The translations under genes were made by a program, and so were the position numbers. Positions 35,424-49,138 of a stretch of DNA of 64,000 nt are shown here, one piece after another. The DNA is from Nemertoderma westbladi (taxonomy: Eukaryota > Animalia > Xenacoelomorpha): assembly GCA_032718475.1 (NCBI GenBank), contig JAUCBJ010005083.1:9139-73138 (forward strand). Direction: 5' to 3'. How positions within the stretch are numbered: the first letter of the stretch is position 1; each line of letters starts with the position of its first letter. The notes under the pieces are model-generated. The model made no database searches and was not told where the DNA came from. It saw only the letters and a list, made by a program, of their open reading frames with translations.

Positions 35424-38400
35424 CGACCATGAAAGCTGCATTCTACCTACTAAATTTAGTAGGAACACGTTTTTATAATCATTTATCATATATTTGAAGG
35501 ATTTTATAATAAAAGTCTTCTAGAACATTTTTTTATGATTCATTTCAATAGTAGGCCTAAGTATTATAATTTTGAAACAACTTATTTTAATAGCTATTTT
35601 TATATATTATTGGTAAATGCCAGTTCCACCTCGTTGGTGCTTATACCTACGCCATCTCATGGAATATTGTGTCTTAATTCAATGACTTGGCCACCAATTA
35701 TTATTATTCTACAAATCTTAATGAGATTGCATGAAATTTGAAATAGATATTGTTTTACCTCCCTCATCCGTACTGTGTGCGTCAGAATATTTTGTTTTCG
35801 CTTTCAATCCTTAACTACAAGAGTTTGAAAAGTGTTTTATTGAATCTATTTAATTACTATCTATCTAGGACACAGTTTGTATGGGAACAGTTCCTTATGC
35901 AGTCGCATTTCCTAAAAATTTCTTATGAAATATATCTAGGCATATATTATGACAAATTTAGAACTAAATTACCATCGTTGACTTCCTCACAATCACAAAG
36001 CTATAGTTATTCTTTGTGATGAAGGCCATATAGACAATGATGTTGTACTGCTTGTAGATAAAATTCAGTTAAAGCTATAGTTATTCTTCGTGATGAAGGC
36101 CATATAGACAATGATGTTGTACTGCATGTAGATAAAATTCAGTTAAAGCTATAGTTATTCTTCGTGATCAAGGCCATATAGACAATGATGTTGTACTGCT
36201 TGTAGATAAAATTAAGTTAAAGCTATAGTTATTCTTCGTGATGAAGGCCATATAGACAATGATGTTGTACTGCATGTAGATAAAATTAAGTTAAAGCTAT
36301 AGTTATTCTTCGTGATGAAGGCCATATAGACAATGATGTTGTACTGCTTGTAGATAAAATTCAGTTAAAGCTATAGTTATTCTTCGTGATGAAGGCCATA
36401 TAGACAATGATGTTGTACTGGTTGTAGATAAAATTCAGTTAAAGCTATAGTTATTCTTCGTGATGAAGGCCATATAGACAATGATGTTGTACTGCATGTA
36501 GATAAAATTCAGTTAAAGCTATAGTTATTCTTCGTGATGTAGGCCATATAGACAATGATGTTGTACTGCATGTAGATAAAATTCAGTTAAAGCTATAGTT
36601 ATTCTTCGTGATGAAGGCCATATAGACAATGATGTTGTACTGCATGTAGATAAAATTCAGTTAAAGCTATAGTTATTCTTCGTGATCAAGGCCATATAGA
36701 CAATGATGTTGTACTGCTTGTAGATAAAATTAAGTTAAAGCTATAGTTATTCTTCGTGATGAAGGCCATATAGACAATGATGTTGTACTGCATGTAGATA
36801 AAATTCAGTTAAAGCTATAGTTATTCTTCGTGATGAAGGCCATATAGACAATGATGTTGTACTGCTTGTAGATAAAATTAAGTTAAAGCTATAGTTATTC
36901 TTCGTGATGAAGGCCATATAGACAATGATGTTGTACTGCATGTAGATAAGATTCAGTTAAAGCTATAGTTATTCTTCGTGATGAAGGCCATATAGACAAT
37001 GATGTTGTACTGCTTGTAGATAAAATTCAGTTAAAGCTATAGTTATTCTTTGTGATGAAGGCCATATAGACAATGATGTTGTACTGCTTGTAGATAAAAT
37101 TCAGTTAAAGCTATAGTTATTCTTCGTGATGAAGGCCATATAGACAATGATGTTGTACTGCTTGTAGATAAAATTCAGTTAAAGCTATAGTTATTCTTTG
37201 TAATGAAGGCCATATAGACAATGATGTTGTACTGCATGTAGATAAAATTAAGTTAAAGCTATAGTTATTCTTCGTGATGAAGGCCATATAGACAATGATG
37301 TTGTACTGCATGTAGATAAAATTAAGTTAAAGCTATAGTTATTCTTCGTGATGAAGGCCATATAGACAATGATGTTGTACTGCATGTAGATAAGATTCAG
37401 TTAAAGCTATAGTTATTCTTCGTGATGAAGGCCATATAGACAATGATGTTGTACTGCTTGTAGATAAAATTCAGATAAAGCTATAGTTATTCTTCGTGAT
37501 GAAGGCCATATAGACAATGATGTTGTACTGCTTGTAGATAAGATTAAGTTAAAGCTATAGTTATTCTTCGTGATGAAGGCCATATAGACAATGATGTTGT
37601 ACTGCATGTAGATAAAATTAAGTTAAAGCTATAGTTATTCTTCGTGATGAAGGCCATATAGACAATGATGTTGTACTGCATGTAGATAAAATTAAGTTAA
37701 AGCTATAGTTATTCTTCGTGATGAAGGCCATATAGACAATGATGTTGTACTGCATGTAGATAAAATTCAGTTAAAGCTATAGTTATTCTTCGTGATGAAG
37801 GCCATATAGACAATGATGTTGTACTGCATGTAGATAAGATTCAGTTAAAGCTATAGTTATTCTTCGTGATGAAGGCCATATAGACAATGATGTTGTACTG
37901 CATGTAGATAAAATTCAGTTAAAGCTATAGTTATTCTTCGTGATGAAGGCCATATAGACAATGATGTTGTACTGCTTGTAGATAAAATTAAGTTAAAGCT
38001 ATAGTTATTCTTCGTGATGAAGGCCATATAGACAATGATGTTGTACTGCATGTAGATAAAATTAAGTTAAAGCTATAGTTATTCTTCGTGATGAAGGCCA
38101 TATAGACAATGATGTTGTACTGCATGTAGATAAGATTCAGTTAAAGCTATAGTTATTCTTCGTGATGAAGGCCATATAGACAATGATGTTGTACTGCATG
38201 TAGATAAAATTCAGTTAAAGCTATAGTTATTCTTCGTGATGAAGGCCATATAGACAATGATGTTGTACTGCATGTAGATAAAATTAAGTTAAAGCTATAG
38301 TTATTCTTCGTGATGAAGGCCATATAGACAATGATGTTGTACTGCATGTAGATAAGATTCAGTTAAAGCTATAGTTATTCTTCGTGATGAAGGCCATATA

Positions 38401-40670
38401 GACAATGATGTTGTACTGCATGTAGATAAAATTCAGTTAAAGCTATAGTTATTCTTCGTGATGAAGGCCATATAGACAATGATGTTGTACTGCATGTAGA
38501 TAAGATTCAGTTAAAGCTATAGTTATTCTTCGTGATGAAGGCCATATAGACAATGATGTTGTACTGCTTGTAGATAAAATTAAGTTAAAGCTATAGTTAT
38601 TCTTCGTGATGAAGGCCATATAGACAATGATGTTGTACTGCATGTAGATAAAATTAAGTTAAAGCTATAGTTATTCTTCGTGATGAAGGCCATATAGACA
38701 ATGATGTTGTACTGCATGTAGATAAGATTCAGTTAAAGCTATAGTTATTCTTCGTGATGAAGGCCATATAGACAATGATGTTGTACTGCATGTAGATAAA
38801 ATTCAGTTAAAGCTATAGTTATTCTTCGTGATGAAGGCCATATAGACAATGATGTTGTACTGCATGTAGATAAGATTCAGTTAAAGCTATAGTTATTCTT
38901 CGTGATGAAGGCCATATAGACAATGATGTTGTACTGCTTGTAGATAAAATTCAGTTAAAGCTATAGTTATTCTTTGTAATGAAGGCCATATAGACAATGA
39001 TGTTGTACTGCATGTAGATAAAATTAAGTTAAAGCTATAGTTATTCTTCGTGATGAAGGCCATATAGACAATGATGTTGTACTGCATGTAGATAAAATTA
39101 AGTTAAAGCTATAGTTATTCTTCGTGATGAAGGCCATATAGACAATGATGTTGTACTGCATGTAGATAAGATTCAGTTAAAGCTATAGTTATTCTTCGTG
39201 ATGAAGGCCATATAGACAATGATGTTGTACTGCTTGTAGATAAAATTCAGATAAAGCTATAGTTATTCTTCGTGATGAAGGCCATATAGACAATGATGTT
39301 GTACTGCTTGTAGATAAGATTAAGTTAAAGCTATAGTTATTCTTCGTGATGAAGGCCATATAGACAATGATGTTGTACTGCATGTAGATAAAATTAAGTT
39401 AAAGCTATAGTTATTCTTCGTGATGAAGGCCATATAGACAATGATGTTGTACTGCATGTAGATAAAATTAAGTTAAAGCTATAGTTATTCTTCGTGATGA
39501 AGGCCATATAGACAATGATGTTGTACTGCATGTAGATAAAATTCAGTTAAAGCTATAGTTATTCTTCGTGATGAAGGCCATATAGACAATGATGTTGTAC
39601 TGCATGTAGATAAGATTCAGTTAAAGCTATAGTTATTCTTCGTGATGAAGGCCATATAGACAATGATGTTGTACTGCATGTAGATAAAATTCAGTTAAAG
39701 CTATAGTTATTCTTCGTGATGAAGGCCATATAGACAATGATGTTGTACTGCTTGTAGATAAAATTCACTTAGATTTTGGTCATTTCTTTTAAAGCTTTAG
39801 ATCCTAATTTTTTGAAATAAAAAAACATAAACCAAAAAATGATAACTACCAACACTAGCTATGGTCAACTGAAAGACCAATTTATCACATACCAAAAAAA
39901 CTTGATATAATATAATCTAATAATATAATCTAATCGGAGATTGGGAAACGACCAAAAATCTCAATTTAGCTAAATTAATTTAAAATAGATTGGGCCTACT
40001 TGGAAAAATACTAGCTACAGTAGCTATAAACAACTAAAAATAATATTAAAAATACAAGATATTTTCTATGTCTTAATTCAGTGCAACCAAACCCCCCTCT
40101 GAATCTTAATGAAATCTAGTGGAATATTAACATTCGAAAGTGGCCAGTTTTAGCATTGTCTAGAGGCTTTTAATTGCTAAACAATCTACTGTAGAACACT
40201 CTAAAAAAGAATGTAATAAAAACTGTGTCCTAGATAGATAGTAATTAAATAGACTCCATAAAATACTTTTCAAACTCTTGTAGTTAAGGATTGAAAGCGA
40301 AAATAAAATATTCTGACGCACCCAGTATGGATGATAGAGGTAAAACAATATCTATTTCAAATTTCATGCAATCTCATTAAGATTTCTAGAATAATAATTG
40401 GTGGCAGGGTCACTGAATTAAGACACAATATTCCAGGAGATGGTGTAGGTACGCACCAACGAAGTGGAACTGGCATTTACCAATAATATATAAAAATAGC
40501 TATTAAAATAAGTTGTTTCGAAATTATAATACTTAGGCCTACTATTGAAATGAATCATAAAAAAAATGTTCTAGAAGACTTTTATTATAAAATCCTTCAA
40601 ATATATGAAAAATTAATTTAAAGACGTGTGCCTACTAAATTTAGTAGGTAGAATGAAGCTTTCATGGTCG
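35424..40670. mobile_element. Long-TIR (~455 bp) TA-flanked foldback/MITE element carrying a satellite
   Basis: 35424-35878 is the inverse of ~40221-40670; termini TA|CGACCATG...CATGGTCG|TA. Confidence 0.85.
35997..39767. repeat. 74-bp satellite, ~51 copies
   Basis: Unit AGTTATTCTTCGTGATGAAGGCCATATAGACAATGATGTTGTACTGCATGTAGATAAAATTCAGTTAAAGCTAT. Confidence 0.98.
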
Positions 40671-40743
40671 TATATAGGTCATGGTAGACCTCAGATCATT
40701 AATGAGTTAATAAATGATTATTATCTATAAAATTTAATTAAAG

Positions 40744-41210
40744 GTTTAAAGGATAAAGTATTGAAGAATGTGAATAGCAAGCATCTCGCCAATCTAACTA
40801 TAAGTGGTTGTATTAACGTAGAAGACACAGGAGTCACTGCAGTGGTTGAACGGAATCCACAGATACGCCATCTAACGCTGAGTAACTGCACGAAGATTAC
40901 CGATTCCAGTATTATTCGTATCGCTAGTTGTTTAACGGATAACTTGTTAACATTAAATGTGGATAATATAAAACTGTTCGGCGACGAATCTCTTAAGTTT
41001 TTGGCTGAGAAATGTCCAAATCTCGTCGAATTGAGGGGAATGGGCGGTAATGGAATTACCAGCAAAGCAATACAAGCTATCAGCATTGGCTGCTCCAAGC
41101 TAAGGGTGCTCGATATCTCCTATTGTTACGAACTTTCTAAATCTTTTATTGGCGGTTCTCTAGACAATTTACCGACGACATTAACAACATTAAACCTAAC
41201 AGCGCTTCAG
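40744..41210 (+). CDS. AMN1-like LRR protein, exon 3
   Basis: Phase-1-compatible AAAG acceptor; repeated LxxLxLxxCxxITD units; CAG|GTAAGG donor. Confidence 0.9.
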
Positions 41211-41880
41211 GTAAGGATGTACAGAGGAAGTTAACAACATTAAACCTAACAGCGCTTCAGGTAAGGATGTACAGAGGAAGTTAACAACATTAAACCTAAC
41301 AGCGCTTCAGGTAAGGATGTACAGAGGAAGTTAACAACATTAAACCTAACAGCGCTTCAGGTAAGGATGTACAGAGGAAGTTAACAACATTAAACCTAAC
41401 AGCGCTTCAGGTAAGGATGTACAGAGGAAGTTAACAACATTAAACCTAACAGCGCTTCAGGTAAGGATGTACAGAGGAAGTTAACAACATTAAACCTAAC
41501 AGCGCTTCAGGTAAGGATGTACAGAGGAAGTTAACAACATTAAACCTAACAGCGCTTCAGGTAAGGATGTACAGAGGAAGTTAACAACATTAAACCTAAC
41601 AGCGCTTCAGGTAAGGATGTACAGAGGAAGTTAACAACATTAAACCTAACAGCGCTTCAGGTAAGGATGTACAGAGGAAGTTAACAAGATTAAACCTAAC
41701 AGCGCTTCAGGTAAGGATGTACAGAGGAAGTTAACAACATTAAACCTAACAGCGCTTCAGGTAAGGATGTACAGAGGAAGTTAACAACATTAAACCTAAC
41801 AGCGCTTCAGGTAAGGATGTACAGAGGAAGTTAACAACATTAAACCTAACAGCGCTTCAGGTAAGGATGTACAGAGGAAA
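41181..41880 (+). repeat. 50-bp tandem repeat, 14 copies, spanning the exon 3 splice donor
   Basis: Unit TTAACAACATTAAACCTAACAGCGCTTCAG|GTAAGGATGTACAGAGGAAG. Confidence 0.98.
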
Positions 41881-43630
41881 TTGTGTATGAATGGGCCCTT
41901 AAGTTTAAATTTTAAAATTTTGCTTCAAAAAAAGTTATAGCATTTTTCGTTTAAAAAATACCGAAATATCTAAAAAATCCAAAATTTAGCGATTTTTTAA
42001 ATAAAAAATGCCATAACTTTTTTTTGAAAAAAAATTTTCAAAATTCTGTCTATTCAATTTTTGCGGCGAATATTCCTCTACATAATTCTGCAAACAGAAC
42101 GAAAATCCGTCGAGTAGTTAAAAAGTAGAGTAAGTGTCCCAAAAAAAGCCAATGCGAGAAAAATGACATTTAAATTATATCCTGATAACAACTGACCAAA
42201 CATGCACCAAAAGTGAAAATTTTTTCAAATATAATCTACTTTTGTGGTTTTGATACCTATAGGCTAATTTTAGGCGCTGATTCCGAAAATGGCAAAATAT
42301 TTGCACATTTATGGGTGTTTGATGGTAATTTTTGGTGTCAAATGTGGTGCTGCACCAAAATTTAAAAATTTGAAATTTTGGGTGAAAATTACAAAAGTTG
42401 CCATAACTCGAGAACAAAATACCTTATCGAAAAACTGATTTCAGATTCGGAATTACCATAAAATTTCACATCGGAAAACATATTAAAAAAAATATGATGA
42501 AAAAAAGACTGGGGGTGAACCCGCCCCTTAAGTAATTTCCAGATAACGCCCCTCCCCCTTGTGAAATTGTTTAAATGTTTGAACAAAAACATTGGAAATG
42601 ATTCAGTTAATTCAACAATTAATATTCTTCCCTAATTAAAAAATCTTAAATACAGGTACTGTACTATCGTTTCGTTCGTCAGTCTAGAAAACCCCCATTC
42701 CACTGACCCCCTAAACTAGGACCCTCTAAACAGTTGTGATATATCCAAATTACTAATATTATTTTAGATATCCGGTTTATGCCAGCCTACGTACATAAGG
42801 TGGGTGGTACATGTTTTATCGTTTATCAATGACAATATACTGAAAACTGCACAAACTACTCGAAATTAATTACACAATGTCCCATAAAAATAGTGTCTAT
42901 GATAAGTTGACAACAAACCGAAGTTACTGATAGTCTAGTCTGCTAGTCATAAGAGATAAATATGAGTTTGCGTAATGAGTGTGAACTGAAAAGTCTAAAA
43001 CATTACAGTATATTTTAGCCCATTGAACACCAGATAAGGGAGTCTTTGGACGCAATCAAAATGCATTCCTCTCCAGGAGAAAATCGACGCAAATATCTGC
43101 TGATTACTCCCAAAAATAAAACTGTAACCTGTTCTATTGAATATAGTTTATTGTTTTGATTAGAATAGCATGCAACCGTAAACTGCTAATTTCCCTTAAT
43201 TGATAATTTGACACTGAGGCGAGATATTAATTCGCCGAGTAAGAATTTGCATCAAATCCCCCCCCCCCCCCCCCCTGTCTCATGACCACATATCTGTCTG
43301 TCTACTATAATAATACACTTGAATTATCAATCACCAAACCTCCGGCTCCTTCTCCGGCCGGAGCTCATATTGTAACCCGGAGGAACCTCCGGGCTCCGGC
43401 TCAGGATGAAATTTTAGCTCTGTCGCATCCCTACCTCACACGGATCAATTTGTCTTTGTAACTTATTGCTGAACCCCTCACACGTGGGAGGGAAACTTGT
43501 TGCTGCAACTTGTTTCTGAATACTTGTTTCCTCGACTTGTTGCTGGGCTCCTCACGCGTAGGAAACTTGTTGCTCAATAAAATAACAATTATTTCAAAAT
43601 AAATATCCAACATCTCCAGACATATTTATA

Positions 43631-44542
43631 CACCATGTCCCAGAATATAGTGTCATAATTCAGTGACACGCCCCCCCCCCCCCCCCCTAATTTTTTTTAA
43701 AATCTTAATGAGATTGCATGAAATTTGAAACAGAGATAGTTTCACCTCCCGACCACTGACTGGGTGTGCCAGAATTTTTACTTTTGCTTTCAATCTTAAG
43801 CTACAAGCGTTTAAAAAAAGTGTCTCCAGCGATATTACACCAGTTACACCGTAGTTATTCTTCAACCTTATAGTGATTTGTTGGTACTGATAGAAAGCTG
43901 ACGGTACAAGGATTCCAAATATGTAACATAATTTGAATTTCGTTGAAAAATAGCTGAGATATGGTCGTTCAAATTTTGCATGGTTATGCACCTATGCGAG
44001 GCTACTTTATTCTATTAAATAAATACATCATAATCTGGAATATTTTGTTTATCAAAATACGTAGCTGGGCAACAATGCATTACATCTTTAATCATACTAT
44101 TATGTAGCTATTCATATATTTAAAAAATGTTCCAGAATATGGTTTATTTATTAAATAGAATAAAATAGCCTCGCGCCGGTGCATAACCATGCAACATTTG
44201 AACGCTCATATCTCAGCTATTTTTCAACGAAATTCAAATTGTGTTACATATTTGGAATCCTTGCATAACCAGCTTTCCATTGGTACCAACAAACAGAATA
44301 GGTCGGTAAATAATAGAAGAATAACTGCGGTGTAACTGGTGTAATATCGCTGGAGACACTTTTTTTAAGCGCTTGTAGCTAAAGATTGCAAGCCAAAATA
44401 AAATTTCTGGCTCACCCAGTCAGTGGTCGGGAGGTGAAACTATCTCTGTTTCAAATTGCATGCAATCTCATTAAGATTTGTAGAAAAATTAGGGGGGAGG
44501 GCCGTGTCACTGAATTACGACACTATATTCTGGGACATGGTG
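43631..44542. mobile_element. Palindromic TA-flanked MITE; one-armed copy at 49698-50090
   Basis: TA|CACCATGTCCCAGAATATAG...CTATATTCTGGGACATGGTG|TA with ~410-bp arms; shares TCTTAATGAGATTGCATGAAATTTGAAA with the 35424 element. Confidence 0.85.
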
Positions 44543-45092
44543 TATATAATATTAAATCACTCAAATGATCTAATATTAGCTAGTTGAAAAATGTGATGTA
44601 AAAAAGTTTTTAAAAATGTAGCTAGGGGACGTTCATAAAGTATGTCACGCAAGTTTTCCAGTTTTTTGACCAAATAAATTTAACATAACTTTTTAAAAAT
44701 GTTGCAGTAAGTTGTTTCTGGACTCCCCACACACATAAACTTTTGTTGCGCAATGTTTCTGAGTGTCGTGTCCAGTGTCCAGCAACTTTTTGCTGATCCC
44801 CTCACACTGACAAACTTTTGATTCAGAAACAAGTCGCAGAAACAAAAGTTACCCCATGTGATATCTATATGCCGTATCACTGAAATGAATTTTAGAAAAT
44901 AAAATTATGTGTTTTAGTTTCGCAATGTTTTTTTCTTCTTAGCTATCGATATTTATTCGTTACATATTAAGATAATTTAATAATAAATTATGAATAGATA
45001 ATTAATATTGACAAATTACTATAATTGATAATAATCAAAAATCCTAATAAATTTCAGTTTATCTTCCGAGATTCGAGCGCAGACTTTCCCTA

Positions 45093-45380
45093 TTATTTCT
45101 TTCCCCGTCTCCGCGATCCTGATTTCTTCCCTTTCTTCCCCTTGGCCTTTCTACCACGACTTCTCCCTTTTCGACTCCTTGATCTACTCCCTTTTCCCTT
45201 CTTCTTCCCCTTTCCACTCTTGCTTCCCTTTCGCCTCTTCTGTCTCCTTTTCTCCATATCTGTCCTTTCGGTTGACCTACTCACATACCCCTTCTGTTTA
45301 TAACTGACTAAGTCATTACTTGGCATCCCAACCTCACTCAACTTTCCATTTTCACTGTCATTGTGGTTTCTTTGAGACAT
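45093..45380 (-). CDS. Protamine-like sperm nuclear basic protein precursor (95 aa), nested in LRR-gene intron 3
   Basis: Neutral/acidic ~43-aa leader then a K/R/G/S-rich domain with SRSRSR. Minus strand has TATATAAG at ~45472-45479, CCAAT boxes at ~45510 and ~45538, and AATAAA at 44957-44952. Confidence 0.7.
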   Translation of the reverse strand: MSQRNHNDSENGKLSEVGMPSNDLVSYKQKGYVSRSTERTDMEKRRQKRRKGSKSGKGKKKGKGSRSRSRKGRSRGRKAKGKKGKKSGSRRRGKK

Positions 45381-46777
45381 CGCGTCTATTAATCAGATTT
45401 AATTATATTGTATTGTGCACTTACTTTTGATTTAACTGTTTTCAATATGGCCGTTATATCTATGATTTTCTCTTATATATGAAGATTAAATTCTAGAATT
45501 TGTTATCCATTGGTTAATTATATTAAAATTATGTCATTGGCAAATTATGGCTATAACATTTTAGAAGTATAATAATTCCGTAAACGGCATTCAACGGTCA
45601 GTGTAGCCTATTTGTGAATAGGAGCTTTTCGACTAAATTCCATATTCAAATATTATTCGCAGTAATTATATATCTGTGATATATTAGCAGTGAGTGAGTC
45701 CGCGATTATATAAAATATAATTAATATATTGTTTCGTACAGGGGAAAAAGCTGCCCTATTCGAACGCTCATAATCTCACCTATTTCTAAACGAAAATCAG
45801 ATATTTTTACCAGGTTTTGTAATCCTGAAAAATTATATCCTGTTCGATACAAAAAAAAACAACGTCAGGTGGCGACAAAATAGCTGCGGCTCGACTGGTG
45901 CAAGTTTTCGCACTATTGGTAATTGATAGGATATTTTTTCAGAGGCTCTTAGCAAAAGAGTGGAAGATTCACCCACTACGACGTCGAACCAGCTTGTTGG
46001 TTTCAAATTTATGCAATTTAATTAAGATTTGTAGAATACAAAGCATACTTTTTATTCTTACACATTGCTAAACCCCACATTACACATTGCTAAACCCCAA
46101 CGACGGATTGACTATTTATACCTGACTGTTGTATCACTGACAATGCTCCTTACATCCCGATCGTAGACGATCCATTTACGGAACGTGAACTAGCCGAAGC
46201 AATGTCTAGCCTAAACACTAACATTGGAATCAACCCGGCGATCTTTACCTGGTAACTGGCTATTATTCTCTCTATCCTTATTTAACTGTATTTTTTAAAG
46301 TAACATTATATCCCTACCTCTTGGGGAGTTAGTAAACTGGTAAGTGGTAGGTATTTGTGGGAACTACTGAGGCGTTAATATTATGACTAGTCTAGCCAAG
46401 ATTTATGATATATTATTAAATAACCGTTTAATTAAGTGGTGCTATATTAACAAATGTCAAGCCGGTGCTCAGAAGGGCCGGGGCTGTCTAGAACACATCC
46501 TGTCTCTTAGTGTACTTGTTGATTAGGGTGTAGTTTTTACAAGTGATGGTAAAATGTTCAAGTGATGGTAAAATGTTACAAGTGATGGTAAAATGTTACA
46601 AGTGATGGTAAAATGACCTCATACTTCAAATTTTAGGAACCTCACTGGGAAGAAACCGCTAACAAATTTGCCATTTCTATACAAAAAACACAAGTATTCC
46701 GTTCATTCTAAAACGACAAGTATTTGAAGCCGGAATATTAGCGTCACTTACCTCCATCCGAATCTTGGCTTACATAC

Positions 46778-47141
46778 CAATGGTTTTAATATTATAATAA
46801 TCTTAAATCATGAATTAAAAAGATGTGCACCAAAAATAACAAAATTAATTCCGCCACCACACAAATATCATCGGGCCTACCACCAAGGCACCGGAAGGAT
46901 ATGTTGGAGCTCAGAGGCAAGGGATCAGTACCGATCAGGAAGGTCAGACCCCCGCAGACCGGCACCGTCCCCAAATCCGAGCGCCCTCCATGGCCGCCTA
47001 CCACCACGCAGGCACAGGGAGCTCGAGCGCAGAAGCGCGAACTGTAAGCGCCTCCGCACTCCCCCTAACACACAAGCGAGGCCTCGCTCGCGCATCCCCC
47101 GCTGCCGGGCCACGAGGGTCTCAGCGAGGTGGCGAATATTC
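46778..47141 (-). mobile_element. Short 3' fragment of a second CRE-like element with 16-bp TSD
   Basis: Direct repeat ATCTTGGCTTACATAC (46762, 47142); translation RRRLQFALLRSSSLCLRGGR resembles the CRE C-terminal motif. Confidence 0.65.
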
Positions 47142-47238
47142 ATCTTGGCTTACATACAATACAAAAATAGTCGAAAAATACTATAACCGTATGGTTGTGT
47201 TAGACTACGAACTCGGATGGATCTTTGTTTAATTGAAG

Positions 47239-47803
47239 CCGGAATACAGCCTCTTCAGTTCCGTATTCCGGAATACAGCCTCTTCAGTTACGTATTTGTA
47301 ACTCTCGGAAGCCGGAATACAGCCTCTTCAGTTCCGTATTCCGGAATACAGCCTCTTCAGTTCCGTATTCCGGAATACAGCCTCTTCAGTTCCGTATTTG
47401 TAACTCTCGGAAGCCGGAATACAGCCTCTTCAGTTCCGTATTCCGGAATACAGCCTCTTCAGTTCCGTATTCCGGAATACAGCCTCTTCAGTTCCGTATT
47501 CCGGAATACAGCCTCTTCAGTTCCGTATTTGTAACTCTCGAAAGCCGGAATACAGTCTCTTCAGTCCCGTATTCCGGAATACAGCCTCTTCAGTTCCGTA
47601 TTCCGGAATACAGCCTCTTCAGTTCCGTATTCCGGAATACAGCCTCTTCAGTTACGTATTTGTAACTCTCGGAAGCCGGAATACAGCCTCTTCAGTTCCG
47701 TATTCCGGAATACAGCCTCTTCAGTTCCGTATTCCGGAATACAGCCTCTTCAGTTCCGTATTCCGGAATACAGTCTCTTCAGTTCCGTATTTGTGACTCT
47801 CGG
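47239..47803. repeat. 29/44-bp compound minisatellite CCGGAATACAGCCTCTTCAGTTCCGTATT inside the LINE remnant
   Basis: Direct inspection. Confidence 0.95.
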
Positions 47804-49138
47804 AAAAATTATCTATAAAAGATGTTAAAGAACACAGATATAGATATCCCATTTTATCAAGTATACGAACTTTGTAAATCTGCAAATACACCAGCCTATA
47901 AAATCTTAACTGATACTAAATTAACTCTAGATAGCGATATTTTGAAGTCAGTGTGCAGTAAAATAAGATCTAAAGATGAGTTAAAAACAAAATTTCGGAC
48001 ATATCGTGAAATAATGAACCCCAAAGTCGAACCACACCAGTTATATAGAAACCGCGACCGAACTGCCAGATTACATCCGGATATGGTTCACCCGTATTAA
48101 ACTAATGTCACACAACCTAAAGATAGAAAAGGGGTAGATGGAGCCGAATCCTAACCGAACAGCGGGTGTGTGAGTGTGACAAAATTTCAATACAAACTTT
48201 ACTTTTCTGCCATTTAACCACAGAATTTTCGTAATAAATATGAAAATTTGGATTTTGATAATATGAGTTTATTGTTCTATGGTGATAGTAATAATTTAGG
48301 ATCGTTTTGTGCATATATACGAAGTAATACAGGTCTTTGGCGATTAAAATGTTACTGTACTAATACAGAATACATAATTCTGTGACAGAAGTAAATTCTT
48401 ACCTGTGGTTATGTATTAATGGATTCCATTCACTTTTGTCATCAAAATCGGAAGCAATAATCAAAAGTTTTGGCATTTTTGTATATAAAGCAATGGCAAT
48501 AAGGTCCGCCATAATAGGATGTTGATAAACTCTGTTACAAAAACTAGCAAGTAATTAAGTGCTTGTAGGTCTATAACTAGTGACGGTGACGGGTTTTGTT
48601 CTTATATTTCTTTTGTGCAATTTACAACAATAGCATTAGGTTGCTTGTTGGAGTTTATATGATTACAAATATAAATGAATCCTACTAATTATTATATTTT
48701 CGAACTATCGTTGCTTAGCTTAAATCCTTTGAATATATTGGACATTATGTACATTTTTTGAATACTGTTTACTATTTAGTTCCATCATTTTTCTATTTGC
48801 TTGTTATTTGTGATTGGAAGGCTGTACTTTGTTTATGTTATATCTTTATTATTAATGTCAATAAAAATACTACTACTATACTAGCAGGTTGTAGAGACAG
48901 ATTGTAAGAAGCATTCTAGGAGTATATAAAATATAAATAACACTGTGAGTGTTATAAAATGGTATATATCGCAAATATTGTATATCCTAAGGCAATTAAT
49001 TTTATTATCTGGTTCCATTTGACCCGCAAATCTGGCCACAATTAAAGATAAGATTTATATTATATATATATTTGTTATTGTTTGGCCACATATTTTATTT
49101 TTGTTTTACCAGGTATATATCTTTAAATATATTTTTAG

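Larger units (their letters stand above)
46150..48200 (+). mobile_element. Fragmented LINE ORF2 remnant
   Basis: Degenerate RT motifs (SLAKIYD..LNNRL..W...QAGAQKGRGC.EHI) and C-terminal KFRTY...SHNLKIEKGR...C.C region. Confidence 0.7.

Noticed and set aside
35997-39767. CRISPR-like regular array and repeated 64-aa ORFs
   Set aside because: Units are contiguous with no unique spacers, there are no cas genes and the context is eukaryotic; the ORFs are repeat artefacts.
45025-45303. Phe/Pro/Leu-rich plus-strand ORF
   Set aside because: Antisense shadow of the protamine-like gene.
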